From contig DATJFY010000071.1 in assembly GCA_035495415.1 (NCBI GenBank), forward strand, positions 1,257-65,256: a stretch of DNA of 64,000 nt. Reading direction: 5' to 3'. Positions 35,484-44,736 of this stretch are shown one piece after another (within the stretch, counting starts at the first letter, position 1; every line of letters starts with the position of its first letter). Origin of the DNA: Verrucomicrobiia bacterium. GTDB lineage: Bacteria > Methylomirabilota > Methylomirabilia > Rokubacteriales > CSP1-6. The translations under genes were made by a program, and so were the position numbers. Under the pieces are notes generated by a model. It worked only from the letters and a program-made list of their open reading frames with translations. It was not told the origin of the DNA and ran no database searches.

Positions 35484-38400
35484 TCAGGAGCAGCCGGTGG
35501 TGGTGCCGCAGGTGATGCACTTGAGGCATGTCCCGTTGCGGACCATCGTGAACTGACCGCAGTCGCCGCAAGGATCGCCCTCGTAGCCCTTGAGCCTGGC
35601 CATGTCGGAGGCGGACAGCACCTTGAGCTCGGCGGCCGCCGCGCCGCTTCCGCCGGACACGGGCGCCGCCGCGCGCGCCAGGCTGGCCGGGTCCGGCAGC
35701 GTGCCGGCGAGAGCCGAGGGCGCGGGCGCCGGAGGCACCATCGCGATCGGGCCCTGGCCGATCTTGTTGCCGAGGGTGTCGCTGCGCAGGTCCTCGTCCG
35801 GCACGTGGGAGAGATCGGTGCGCCCGAGGTAGGAGATGGCGAGCTCGCGGAAGACATAGTCGATCACGGACGTCGCCATCTTGATCCGGTCATTGCCCAT
35901 CACCATGCCGTTCGGCTCGAAGCGCGTGAACACGAAGGCGTCCACGAACTCCTCCAGCGGGACGCCGTGCTGGAGGCCGAGCGAGATCGCAATGGCGAAG
36001 CAGTTCATCAGGCTGCGGAAGGCCGCGCCTTCCTTGTGCATGTCGAGGAAGATTTCGCCGAGCGAGCCGTCCTCGTAATTGCCGGTGCGGAGGTACACCT
36101 TGTGGCCGCCCACCACCGCCTTCTGGGTGTAGCCGGCGCGGCGGTCGGGGAGCCGGTGCCGCTCGCGGAGATACTTGGTCACGACGCGCTCGGTCATCTT
36201 CTCGGCCACCGCCTCGACACCGGCCGCTGCCGCCTCGTCCTCGTCGGTGGTGGCATTGAGCGGCTGCGACAGCTTGGAGCCGTCGCGGTAGAGGGCCACC
36301 GCCTTCAGCATGCTCCGCCACGAGGTGTAGTAGGCCTGCTTGACGTCCTCGATGGTCGCGTCGGACGGCATGTTGATGGTCTTGCTGATGGCGCCGGAGA
36401 GGAAGGGCTGGGCCGCCGCCATCATCCGGATGTGGGCGTCCACCGCGATGAAGCGCTTCCCCTTCTTGCCGCAGCGGTTGGCGCAGTCGAACACGGGCAG
36501 GTGCTCGTCCTTGAGATGAGGCGCGCCCTCGACGGTCATGGTGCCGCACACGTAGTCGCTGGCCGCCTCGATCTGCGCCGCAGTGAAGCCGAGGGCGCGG
36601 AGGAGATTGCCGTTCCACTCGGCGAGCTGCGCCTCGTTGAGGCCGAGATGCCGCTGCACGTAGCCGTCGCCGAGCGTCCACGGGTTGAAGGCGAAGGTCA
36701 GGTCGAACGCGCCCTCGAGCGCGGCCTCGATCCGCGTCAGCCCCGCCTGATCGAAGCCCTTGGCCTGCAGCGTCTCGGGATTGACGAAGGGGGCCCCTCG
36801 CAGCGTCTTCCGGCCCACGCAGTAGGCGACGACGTCGTCGATCTGATCGGGGGTGTAGCCCAGCGCGCGCAGCGCAATCGGAATGCTCTGGTTGATGATC
36901 TTGAAGTAGCCGCCGCCCGCGAGCTTCTTGAACTTCACGAGAGCGAAGTCCGGCTCGATGCCCGTCGTGTCGCAATCCATCACGAGCCCGATGGTTCCGG
37001 TGGGGGCGAGCACGGTGACCTGCGCGTTGCGAAACCCGTGGGCCTCGCCGAGAGTCAGCGCGCGATCCCAGGTCTCGCGCGCGGCCTGGACCAGCGCGTT
37101 CGGGCAGTGGGAGGGATCCACGCCGAGCGGCTTGATCGTCAGTCCCTCGTACACCGAGGGCGCGGCGTTGTAGGCCGCGCGACGATGATTGCGGATGACG
37201 CGCAGCATCGGCTCCCGGTTCCGCATGTAGCCGGGGAACGGCCCGAGGTCGCGGGCCATCTCCGCGGAGGTCGCATAGGCCTCGCCGTGCATGATGGCGG
37301 TGATCGCCCCGCAGATTGCCACCGCCTCCGGCGAATCGTAGGGGATGCCCTGCCGCATCAGCACCGTGCCCATGTTCGCGTAGCCGAGTCCGAGGGTCCG
37401 GTAGTCCCAGCTCTTCTGGGCGATGGCCGGGCTGGGATAGGCGCCCATCAGCACGCTGATCTCGAGCACGAGCGTCCAGAGCCGGCAGGCGTGGCGGAAC
37501 CCCTCGACGTCGAAGCTGCCGTCGGACCGCAGGAACTTGACCACGTTGATCGAGGCCAGGTTGCACGCGGTGTCGTCCAGGAACATGTACTCGGAGCACG
37601 GATTCGACGCGTTGATCCGGCCGTCGTCGGAGCAGGTGTGCCATTCGTTGATGGTGGTGTCGTACTGCACCCCTGGATCCGCGCAGGCCCACGCCGCGTA
37701 CGCGATCTCGTCCCACAGGCTCGCCGCGGGTATCCGCGTCGAGATCTTCCCGTCGGTGCGCCGGCGCAGCTCCCACTCCCCCCCGGCTTCCAGCACGTCG
37801 AAGAAGCCATTGGGCACGCGGATGCTGTTGTTGGAGTTCTGGCCCGCGACGGTGAGATAGGCCTCGGAGTCCCAGTCAGTGTCGTACTCGGGGAAAACCA
37901 GCTCGGTCACGCCCTGGGACGCGAGCTGGAGCGCCCGCTGGATGTAGGCCTCGGGCACCATGGCCGCGCGCGCCTCGCGCAGGGCGGCACGGAGCGCGGC
38001 GTTCCGCTTGGGATCGGCGTCGACCCGGTCGGGCTGGTGCGCGTCGGGCCGGCAGGCCGCCATCACCGCCTGCAGGCGCCGCTTGCCCAGGCGCGAGCCG
38101 GCCACGAGCGCCGCGACTTTTTGCTCCTCCACGACCTTCCAGCGGATGAAGTCGAGCACGTCCGGATGGTCGAGGTCGAGGCACACCATCTTGGCGGCCC
38201 GGCGCGTGGTGCCGCCGGACTTGATGGCGCCCGCCGCGCGGTCGCCGATCTTCAGGAAGGACATCAGGCCCGAGGACTTGCCGCCGCCGGACAGCGGCTC
38301 GTTCTCCCCGCGCAGGCTCGAGAAGTTCGAGCCCGTGCCCGACCCGTACTTGAAGATGCGCGCCTCGCGCGTCCAGAGGTCCATGATGCCGCCGTCGTTG

Positions 38401-38978
38401 ACGAGGTCATCGCTCACGGACTGGATGAAGCAGGCGCTCGGCTGCGGCCGCTCGTACGCCGACGTGGCGCGGGTCAGCGCGCTGGTGTCGGGCTCGACGT
38501 AGTAGTGTCCCTGGGCCGGCCCGGTGAGGCCGTACGCCCAGTGGAGTCCCGTGTTGAACCACTGGGGCGAGTTCGGCGCCGCGATCTGCGCGGCGAGCAT
38601 GTGGCAGATCTCGTCATAGAACGCCTTCGCGTCGATCTCGGTGTCGAAGTAGTGATGCGTGCGACCCCAGTGCGTCCACGCGCCGGCGAGGCGGTGGAAG
38701 ACTTCACGTGCATCCCGTTCACCGCCGAGCACCGGCCGTCCGTCGCGGTCGAGCACGGGCCGGCCATTCGCGCCGGTCTGGGGCACGCCCGCCTTGCGGA
38801 AATACTTCTGGGCGAGGATGTCCGTCGCCACCGCCGACCAGCCCGAGGGCACGGCGATGCCCTCCTGGCGAAAGACCGTGGACCCATCCGGGTTCTTGAT
38901 CTCCGATGTGCGGAGATCGAACTCGATCCCGGTGTATGGGCTGTGGCCTTCCTTGGTGTAGCGGCGGGAGATCTTCAT
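35484..38978 (-). CDS. nrdJ: Class II (adenosylcobalamin-dependent) ribonucleotide reductase
   Basis: 1164 aa. [32 protein letters not shown].... RNR core motifs ([28 protein letters not shown]). C-terminal Cys-rich tail GDPCGDCGQ...[18 protein letters not shown]. Confidence 0.95.
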   Translation of the reverse strand: MKISRRYTKEGHSPYTGIEFDLRTSEIKNPDGSTVFRQEGIAVPSGWSAVATDILAQKYFRKAGVPQTGANGRPVLDRDGRPVLGGERDAREVFHRLAGAWTHWGRTHHYFDTEIDAKAFYDEICHMLAAQIAAPNSPQWFNTGLHWAYGLTGPAQGHYYVEPDTSALTRATSAYERPQPSACFIQSVSDDLVNDGGIMDLWTREARIFKYGSGTGSNFSSLRGENEPLSGGGKSSGLMSFLKIGDRAAGAIKSGGTTRRAAKMVCLDLDHPDVLDFIRWKVVEEQKVAALVAGSRLGKRRLQAVMAACRPDAHQPDRVDADPKRNAALRAALREARAAMVPEAYIQRALQLASQGVTELVFPEYDTDWDSEAYLTVAGQNSNNSIRVPNGFFDVLEAGGEWELRRRTDGKISTRIPAASLWDEIAYAAWACADPGVQYDTTINEWHTCSDDGRINASNPCSEYMFLDDTACNLASINVVKFLRSDGSFDVEGFRHACRLWTLVLEISVLMGAYPSPAIAQKSWDYRTLGLGYANMGTVLMRQGIPYDSPEAVAICGAITAIMHGEAYATSAEMARDLGPFPGYMRNREPMLRVIRNHRRAAYNAAPSVYEGLTIKPLGVDPSHCPNALVQAARETWDRALTLGEAHGFRNAQVTVLAPTGTIGLVMDCDTTGIEPDFALVKFKKLAGGGYFKIINQSIPIALRALGYTPDQIDDVVAYCVGRKTLRGAPFVNPETLQAKGFDQAGLTRIEAALEGAFDLTFAFNPWTLGDGYVQRHLGLNEAQLAEWNGNLLRALGFTAAQIEAASDYVCGTMTVEGAPHLKDEHLPVFDCANRCGKKGKRFIAVDAHIRMMAAAQPFLSGAISKTINMPSDATIEDVKQAYYTSWRSMLKAVALYRDGSKLSQPLNATTDEDEAAAAGVEAVAEKMTERVVTKYLRERHRLPDRRAGYTQKAVVGGHKVYLRTGNYEDGSLGEIFLDMHKEGAAFRSLMNCFAIAISLGLQHGVPLEEFVDAFVFTRFEPNGMVMGNDRIKMATSVIDYVFRELAISYLGRTDLSHVPDEDLRSDTLGNKIGQGPIAMVPPAPAPSALAGTLPDPASLARAAAPVSGGSGAAAAELKVLSASDMARLKGYEGDPCGDCGQFTMVRNGTCLKCITCGTTTGCS

Positions 38979-39052
38979 GCTGCCCTCCTCACGGCGGTCG
39001 CGAACGGGCGCTGCTGAACGTTACCGGGAGATTACGGACTCAGGGGAACGAA

Positions 39053-39068
39053 GCCCAAGATATTGTGG
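39053..39068. promoter_or_regulatory. NrdR-box-like partial palindrome (GCCCAAGATATTGTGG) overlapping the putative nrdJ -10
   Basis: Reverse complement CCACAATATCTTGGGC matches about 12 of 16 positions of the acaCwAtATaTwGtgt consensus as I recall it. Only one box was found. Confidence 0.3.
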
Positions 39069-39086
39069 TGCGCGGGAACGAGTCAA
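39057..39086 (-). promoter_or_regulatory. Candidate sigma-70 promoter of nrdJ (TTGACT-N18-TATCTT)
   Basis: Minus-strand TTGACT at 39086..39081 and TATCTT at 39062..39057. About 70-nt leader to the ATG at 38978. Confidence 0.4.
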
Positions 39087-39128
39087 CCTTTATTTAGTGC
39101 TTGTGACCATCTTCTCAACCCAGCGGGC

Positions 39129-39220
39129 TGTGGACAATGTGGATAGCGGTGGACAACGCCGCGAGTGATGACCGTGTAGAGGCTTCCGTGGCCGCGGGGT
39201 GTGGATGACTCGGTGGACGC
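39129..39220 (+). promoter_or_regulatory. Array of five co-oriented DnaA-box-like 9-mers
   Basis: TGTGGACAA (39129), TGTGGATAG (39138), GGTGGACAA (39148), TGTGGATGA (39200), GGTGGACGC (39212), compared with TGTGGATAA. They have 1, 1, 2, 1 and 4 mismatches respectively. Confidence 0.45.
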
Positions 39221-39236
39221 GTACAATGGCCGCGCC

Positions 39237-39782
39237 ATGCATTGGATGGTGGACGGCTACAACGTCATCCGCCGCGACCCCGCGCTCGCCTCGCACGAGG
39301 CGCGGAGCATCGAAGCCGGCCGCGACGCGCTGTGTCGTCTCCTCGCGCGGACCGTGCGCGAGTCCGGCGAAACATTCACCGTCGTCTTCGACGGCGCGGG
39401 GAGCGGCGGCGCCGGCACGGGTCGCGGTGGCGTCCGCGTGGTCTTTTCCAGCGCGCGTGAAAGCGCCGACCGCGTGCTCGCCCGCCTGGCGACCCGCGGG
39501 GGCGCGGTGGTCTCGAACGACCGAGAAGTGCGCCGCGCGGCCGAGCGCGCCGGCGCCGTGGCGGTCACCACGGATCAGTTCCTCGCCCGGCTCGAGCGCC
39601 CGGGTAAGCAGGTGGTCGGGGCCGCCGAGGGCGACGATTCCTCTCTGGACGATTCCTCTCTGAAGGACGAGGAGCCCGATCCGCCTCCGCGCCCTCGGAA
39701 GGGCAATCCGCGGCGCGCTCCCCGGAAGGGCCGGGCGGCCACCCGCGCGCTCGACCGACTCGATCGGCGGCGGCTCAGCTGA
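39237..39782 (+). CDS. YacP/Rae1-like NYN (PIN-like) domain protein with basic C-terminal tail
   Basis: MHWMVDGYNVIRRD... hallmark DGYN. VVFDG, VVSNDREV. The ORF could start at 39201 (GTG). Confidence 0.75.
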   Translation: MHWMVDGYNVIRRDPALASHEARSIEAGRDALCRLLARTVRESGETFTVVFDGAGSGGAGTGRGGVRVVFSSARESADRVLARLATRGGAVVSNDREVRRAAERAGAVAVTTDQFLARLERPGKQVVGAAEGDDSSLDDSSLKDEEPDPPPRPRKGNPRRAPRKGRAATRALDRLDRRRLS

Positions 39783-39818
39783 CCCCGGCGACCTCACCTC
39801 AACCCGGAGACCCTGCCC

Positions 39819-40700
39819 ATGCATGTCGGCTTCGTCGGGACTGGAAACATGGGCCGCCCCATGGCGGCGAACATCCTCAAGGCCGGTCACGCGCTGACCG
39901 TGTTCGATCTGAATCCCGCCGCGACGGCTCCGCTCGAGAAAGCGGGCGCCGCGCGGGCCGCCGGCCTCCAGGCCCTGGCGTCATCGGTACGGGTGACCCT
40001 CATGAGCCTGCCCGATGCGAAGGCGGTCGAAGCGGCGCTGTTCGGGGCCGGCGGCGCGGCCGGCTTGATGACCGGCGCCCAGGCGGGCGATTTCATCTTC
40101 GATCTCTCGACGGTCGGGCCCGCCAGCACACGGGCCCTGGCTGCCCGGGCGGCCCAGCAGGGTGTGCGGCTGGTCGACGCGCCGGTGAGCGGCAGCGTGA
40201 GCGGCGCCGAGTCGGGGACGCTCGCGGTGATGATCGGGGCGCCCGAATCCGATGTGAAGGCATTCGAGCCGATCTTCCGCGCCATCGGCAAGAGCCTCTT
40301 CTTCCTGGGCGAGGTGGGGAAGGGGAACATCCTCAAGCTCCTCAATAACTACGTCGCCCTCACCAATCAAGCGGCGCTGTGCGAGGCCATGGCCCTGGCC
40401 GACCGTCTCGGCGTCTCCCGCCAGACCGTGGGCGACGTGGTCGGCAAGAGCTCCGGCGCCAGCTTCATCCTCGAGCGGAAGCTCGCGGCGCTGGTGAAGC
40501 ACGACTACCGCCCCGGCTTCTTCGTGGACCTGGCCCGCAAGGACCTCGGCCTCGGCCTCGACCTCATGGCAGAGACCAAGGGCGATAGCTCGGTGGGACG
40601 GGCGGCGTGGCAACTCTACGAGCGGGCGAGCGAGGCGGGGCTGGGGAAGCTCGACACGTGCGGCCTGCTGGGGCTGCTGGAGCCCCAGCCTACTCCTTGA
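39819..40700 (+). CDS. NAD(P)-dependent oxidoreductase, 3-hydroxyisobutyrate dehydrogenase family
   Basis: 293 aa. VGFVGTGNMGRPMAANI, DAPVSGSVSGAESGTLAVMIG, GKGNILKLLNN. Confidence 0.9.
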   Translation: MHVGFVGTGNMGRPMAANILKAGHALTVFDLNPAATAPLEKAGAARAAGLQALASSVRVTLMSLPDAKAVEAALFGAGGAAGLMTGAQAGDFIFDLSTVGPASTRALAARAAQQGVRLVDAPVSGSVSGAESGTLAVMIGAPESDVKAFEPIFRAIGKSLFFLGEVGKGNILKLLNNYVALTNQAALCEAMALADRLGVSRQTVGDVVGKSSGASFILERKLAALVKHDYRPGFFVDLARKDLGLGLDLMAETKGDSSVGRAAWQLYERASEAGLGKLDTCGLLGLLEPQPTP

Positions 40701-41769
40701 TCTGCCGCTCCCGTCGCTGGAGATAGGCATTGCGCACCGCGGTGTAGAGATCCACCGTGGTCTCCTCGACGCCCTCGAACGCTTCGAGGCTGAGCGACCG
40801 ATCATTGATGATGTTGACGACCTTGAGGATCAACCGCGTCGGGATGAATCCTACGATGTAGCCCAGCGGATCCATGGCGCTGTCCACGCCGATGCCGATG
40901 CCGTCGCGGACGGTCATGGGCGGTAGGAACGGTACGACTAGGTAGGGTCCCGGCCCCACCCCCCAGAGTCCGAGCGTCTGGCCGAAGTCCTCCTTGCTCG
41001 GCTCGATGCCCCATTCCTGCTTGGCCATGTCCCAGAGCCCGCCGATCCCGATCGTGGAGTTGATCAGGAAGCGCGCAACTTCGCGGCCGGCGCCCGCCCA
41101 CTTGCCCTGGAGGAGGTTGTTCACGAATCGCGGCACGAAGGTGACGTTCTGAAAGCCGCGGTCGATCATGCGCTGGACTTCATCCGGGACGATGAAGTTG
41201 TAGCCCTGCGCGATGGGCTTGAGCACGTACTTGTCGACTTTGTAGTTGAACGTGAACATCTTCTCGTTGAACTTTTCCCAGGGGTCGTACTCCTCGAGCG
41301 GCGGCTCCAGCGGCGGGCCACTCTCGCGACCGGTCTGGGCAACCGTCATCGTCTCGACGAGCGCCATCAGGTAGGGCGTCATCGACGTGTCGGTGATCGA
41401 GGCCATCGGCAGCAGCTCGGACTCGCGCTCGGTGGCGGCCGGGGCGCCGACGATGGGCTCGGCCGTCGCCATCACGACCTCGTCCCGCGGTGGCGTGGCG
41501 CCGCCCCCCACGAGGGACTCGGGATTCGCCGGCGCGGCTTCAACCGGGGGCCCGCCGACGGCCGGGTCGGGGGCGGCCTTGGACTCGGGGGCCACGACGG
41601 TCGCGGTCAAAAGGGCTTCCGTGCCGGCATGGAGGCCCCCCGACACCGAGCCGCAGCCACCGACCGAGAGGCCCACCAGGAGGAACAGCGTCCCCAGGAC
41701 GGCTCCGAGGGCATGTCGCCCGGGGATCTTTCGCTCAGCGATGACCGGTGCAGAAATGTCCGACTTCAC
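40690..41769 (-). CDS. mlaA: MlaA/VacJ-family outer-membrane lipoprotein with long low-complexity linker
   Basis: GTG at 41769. Lipobox LSVGGC. ~140-aa Ala/Pro-rich linker. VacJ core DPWEKFNEKMFTFN...FQNVTFVPRFVNNLLQGK...INSTIGIGGLWD...GPYLVVPFLPP. Confidence 0.8.
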   Translation of the reverse strand: MKSDISAPVIAERKIPGRHALGAVLGTLFLLVGLSVGGCGSVSGGLHAGTEALLTATVVAPESKAAPDPAVGGPPVEAAPANPESLVGGGATPPRDEVVMATAEPIVGAPAATERESELLPMASITDTSMTPYLMALVETMTVAQTGRESGPPLEPPLEEYDPWEKFNEKMFTFNYKVDKYVLKPIAQGYNFIVPDEVQRMIDRGFQNVTFVPRFVNNLLQGKWAGAGREVARFLINSTIGIGGLWDMAKQEWGIEPSKEDFGQTLGLWGVGPGPYLVVPFLPPMTVRDGIGIGVDSAMDPLGYIVGFIPTRLILKVVNIINDRSLSLEAFEGVEETTVDLYTAVRNAYLQRRERQIKE

Positions 41770-41833
41770 TCGCTCTCTGACTCTCCCACCATCCAGGCAT
41801 TCAGCGCCGGTCGCCCGGCGCAAACAAGCAACG

Positions 41834-41852
41834 GGGGTGCCCAGGGCACCCC
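41834..41852. repeat. Perfect 19-bp palindrome GGGGTGCCC-A-GGGCACCCC
   Basis: Located in the divergent mlaA / KAS III intergenic region, ~60 bp upstream of the candidate -35. Confidence 0.6.
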
Positions 41853-41913
41853 GCGGCGATACTCGCACCCATGCGGTCGACGTGGCAAGCGTTTTCCTGG
41901 TTGGGGAGCGGCG

Positions 41914-41942
41914 TTGACAGCCCCTGGAGCCGGCGGTAGGGT
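41914..41942 (+). promoter_or_regulatory. Candidate sigma-70 promoter TTGACA-N17-TAGGGT
   Basis: TTGACA at 41914..41919 and TAGGGT at 41937..41942. SD GGGAGG lies 7 nt before the ATG at 41970. Confidence 0.4.
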
Positions 41943-41969
41943 TCCGCCAGACGCGCCGGGAGGCCAGGC

Positions 41970-43826
41970 ATGAAGCCATTCGTCGTCAACCGCTACGGCC
42001 GGATCGTCTTCCCCGAGAGCTTCTTCCCCGAGCTCGACTTTTCGGTGTTCGAGACGCTCGAGCAGTTCGCGGCCGTCATCAAGCGCGACTTCGAGGAAAA
42101 GGCCCCCAGCGAGACGGACATGGTCGCGCGCATCGAGGCCCGGACCTACGGCGGGCGCTATGAGCTCTTGCGCGACCTCGCCCTGAACCTCTTCTGGGTG
42201 AATCGCTATGCGATGACGATGTACGAGAAGCGTCCCACACGCTGGCGCGACGTGGCCCGGCAGCGCGATGACGTGTTCCTCCCCGTCTTCAAGCCGTGGG
42301 ACGGGGCCGAGCTCACCGCGGCGATCGAGGCCGGCTACCGTGGGCTCGGGCCGTCGTGGGACGAGGGTACCGAGAACAAGATCTTCCGCATCCTCCTCGA
42401 TGTATTCCGCCACAAGAAGGGCGCGGGCGCGGAGCTTCCCGCCATCAAGCCCACGGTGGCCGAGCTCCTGGGGAGCCCCAAAAGCCTCACCTATCACCTG
42501 CTCGCGTACAATCCCGACTTCCCCGGCTATGGCTACAACGACATCATCGAGTACGCGCACACGGTGCCGGAGCTCGAGGCGGTGATGCGGCAGGCGATGG
42601 TGCTCCACAACCAGTACCGATGGGACCGCGCGCGCACGCGCCTCACCGAGGTCGGCCAGCTCCACGACGACGACTACGTGGTGGTGTTCCATCCCCGCAA
42701 CGACGACGTGCTCGACTTCATCCGGCGGGTCAAGACCGGCCGCCGCGGCCGCCCGCGCCGGCCCGCTCCCAGCGAGTCCCGCCCCCCGCAGTCGCCCTAT
42801 CCGCCGGTGACGGTGGCGAAGCGCTTCAGCGTCCTCCCGCGCCTGGAGGCGCTGGCCGTCTACAAGGGGGAGCGCGCGTGCACCAACGAAGACTTGATCC
42901 GCAACGCGGCCTACTGCTGGTCGCCGATGAGCGCGGAGGAGATCGAGCGCAAGACCGGCATCACCCAGCGGCTCTACACCGAGCTGGACCTCGACCACAT
43001 TGCGCTCCTCGCCGCCCGCCGGGCCCTCGAGAAGTCCGGGCGCCGGCCGGAGGAGATTGGCGCGGTGCTCTTCTGCTCGTGCACGAGCGTGAAGATGATG
43101 CCCTCGCTGGCGACCTGGCTGTCGAGCCAGCTCGGCATCTTCCAGACCCGGGCCTCGCTCGACATGGTGGCGGCCTGCGCGGGGCTGCCGTACGGCCTTT
43201 CCGAGGCGGTGCGCCTGCTCCAGGAGACGGAGCGGCCGGTGCTCGTCGTGTGCGGTGAGAAATTCTCCGACAAGATCGGAACCGTGCGAACGTCACGCAT
43301 GATCTTTGCCGATGGCGCGGCGGCGATGATCCTGGCGCCGGCGCCGCCGGGCGCGCCGTCGGACATCGAGGTCTACCAGACCTATGCGTCCGGGCCGGTG
43401 TCGGAGGTGGATTCGATCATCTGGCCCAATCCCGAGTTCGACAACAACATCACCGTGTTCGGCCCCCAGGTGCGCGCGCTCGCGAAGCGGTACTTGAGCC
43501 AGATGATCGACGAGATGCGCGAGCTTCCCAATACCGAAGGCGGCGCGGGGTCGCTGCTGGAGGCGGTGGATCTCATCGTGCCGCATCAGGCCAACAAGAC
43601 CATGGTGATCCATCTCGCGAAGGGCGCAGGGGTCGGCGCGGACCGCCTGTACTTCAACATCCGCTCGGTGGGCAACACCTCGTCGGCGAGCATTCCCATC
43701 GCCATTCACGACGCGGTGCAGGAAGGTGTCATCAACCGGCCCATGCGCATCTTTGCCCCGGGCTTTGGCGCGGGGGCGGTGGCCGGGTACGTGGTGATGC
43801 GGCTGGATCCCTCCGTGGTCGCGTGA
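41970..43826 (+). CDS. Fusion protein: ~290-aa domain of unknown function plus FabH-like 3-oxoacyl-ACP synthase III (KAS III)
   Basis: 618 aa. C-terminal half carries the KAS III triad contexts DMVAACAGLPYG (Cys), VPHQANK (His), VGNTSSASIP (Asn). I could not recognise a family for the N-terminal half (MKPFVVNRYGRIVFPESFFPELDF...). An Arg/Pro-rich linker (GRRGRPRRPAPSESRPPQSPYPP) joins them. Confidence 0.85.
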   Translation: MKPFVVNRYGRIVFPESFFPELDFSVFETLEQFAAVIKRDFEEKAPSETDMVARIEARTYGGRYELLRDLALNLFWVNRYAMTMYEKRPTRWRDVARQRDDVFLPVFKPWDGAELTAAIEAGYRGLGPSWDEGTENKIFRILLDVFRHKKGAGAELPAIKPTVAELLGSPKSLTYHLLAYNPDFPGYGYNDIIEYAHTVPELEAVMRQAMVLHNQYRWDRARTRLTEVGQLHDDDYVVVFHPRNDDVLDFIRRVKTGRRGRPRRPAPSESRPPQSPYPPVTVAKRFSVLPRLEALAVYKGERACTNEDLIRNAAYCWSPMSAEEIERKTGITQRLYTELDLDHIALLAARRALEKSGRRPEEIGAVLFCSCTSVKMMPSLATWLSSQLGIFQTRASLDMVAACAGLPYGLSEAVRLLQETERPVLVVCGEKFSDKIGTVRTSRMIFADGAAAMILAPAPPGAPSDIEVYQTYASGPVSEVDSIIWPNPEFDNNITVFGPQVRALAKRYLSQMIDEMRELPNTEGGAGSLLEAVDLIVPHQANKTMVIHLAKGAGVGADRLYFNIRSVGNTSSASIPIAIHDAVQEGVINRPMRIFAPGFGAGAVAGYVVMRLDPSVVA

Positions 43827-44455
43827 GTCCTGCGCGCGCGGGCGCCCGCTCGCTCCTCCTCGTCCACGGCGCGGGCAGCGGGCCGTGGGTGTTCGACAGC
43901 TGGCCCGCCTCCTTTCCCTCGGGGCAGCGTCTCGAGACGGTCGATCTGCACGAGGGCCTCGACCCTGCGCACGCGACGATGGCGCAGTACGCCGAGGCGG
44001 TCGCCCACGCCGCCGCGCGCCTCGACCGGCCCCTCGTCGTGGTGGCCTGGAGCATGGGCGGCCTCGCCGCGATGATGGCCGCCGACTGCGCGGACGGGCT
44101 GGTGCTGCTCGAGGCGAGCGCGCCCGCGGAAGTGCAGGGCGTGCACCGAGACCTGCGGCCGGCGCCCGGGGTCTTCGATCCCGAAGCCGAGTACGGGGCC
44201 TTTCCGGAGGGAGTCCGCGCGCGGCCGGAGTCGGCGCTCGCGCGAGCCGAGCGCAAGCGGGGCGTCTCGGTGCCGGAGCTCCCGTGTCCGACCCTGGTGG
44301 TGTACGGCGACGAGTATGCGGAAGAGCGCGGCCGTCGGCTCGTGGCGCGTTACGGGACGCACGAGCTGGCGTTGCCCGGCAAATCCCACTGGGATCTCGT
44401 GCGGGATCCCGAGGCGGTGCGCGCCATCGCCATGCGGATCGCGGCGCTCTTCTGA
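43823..44455 (+). CDS. Alpha/beta-fold hydrolase
   Basis: 210 aa. GTG overlaps the KAS III stop (GTGA). LLLVHGAGSG and nucleophile elbow AWSMGG. Candidate catalytic His near the C-terminus (GKSHWD). Confidence 0.8.
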   Translation: MSPARAGARSLLLVHGAGSGPWVFDSWPASFPSGQRLETVDLHEGLDPAHATMAQYAEAVAHAAARLDRPLVVVAWSMGGLAAMMAADCADGLVLLEASAPAEVQGVHRDLRPAPGVFDPEAEYGAFPEGVRARPESALARAERKRGVSVPELPCPTLVVYGDEYAEERGRRLVARYGTHELALPGKSHWDLVRDPEAVRAIAMRIAALF

Positions 44456-44475
44456 AGGGTGGGGAGACGACGCTC

Positions 44476-44516
44476 GGGGGGGCGGGAGACATGCTCCCGC
44501 CGGCCCCCCTTTGGTT
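44476..44516 (+). terminator. Rho-independent terminator
   Basis: GGGGGGGCGGGAG-ACATG-CTCCCGCCGGCCCCC (8 + 5 bp stem with a 2-nt bulge), followed by CTTTGGTT. Confidence 0.6.
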
Positions 44517-44736
44517 CGTGCGCGACATACCGTCGCGCGACCCGGCTAGCGTCGGGTTCGGCCTGTGGCCGTGCCGGCGTCACCGGGTCCGGAGTCGCGA
44601 CACATGCGCAACTAGCGCGGAGCCGGTGACGCAGCCATCGAGTCCGGCGGCGTCTCCATGGTGAATGCATCTGGCGCCCTCGCCGCTGCGGTGTCAAGGG
44701 GCTCATGCCGCGAAGCGGCGTAGTACACTCCCCGGC

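Noticed and set aside
35805-39017. 1070-aa ORF on the plus strand
   Set aside because: It is antisense to nrdJ, whose product is recognisable end to end. No motifs are present, and the composition is typical of GC-rich antisense frames.
39090-39230. DnaA-box cluster plus AT-richer stretch as a chromosomal replication origin
   Set aside because: No dnaA, dnaN, parAB or gidA context is present, only a very short AT-rich segment occurs, and the boxes all share one orientation between two promoters. Transcriptional regulation of nrdJ and yacP is the more economical reading.
44672-44687. TGGCGCCCTCGCCGCT as a sigma-54 promoter upstream of the URO-D-like gene
   Set aside because: The spacing is right, but the -12 element is CCGC rather than TTGC. 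In DNA this GC-rich, such a match is expected by chance.
44517-44736. 220-nt leader upstream of the URO-D-like operon as a cobalamin or other riboswitch
   Set aside because: I saw small hairpins (for example GCGCGAC-ATACC-GTCGCGC) but no B12-box or other known riboswitch core.
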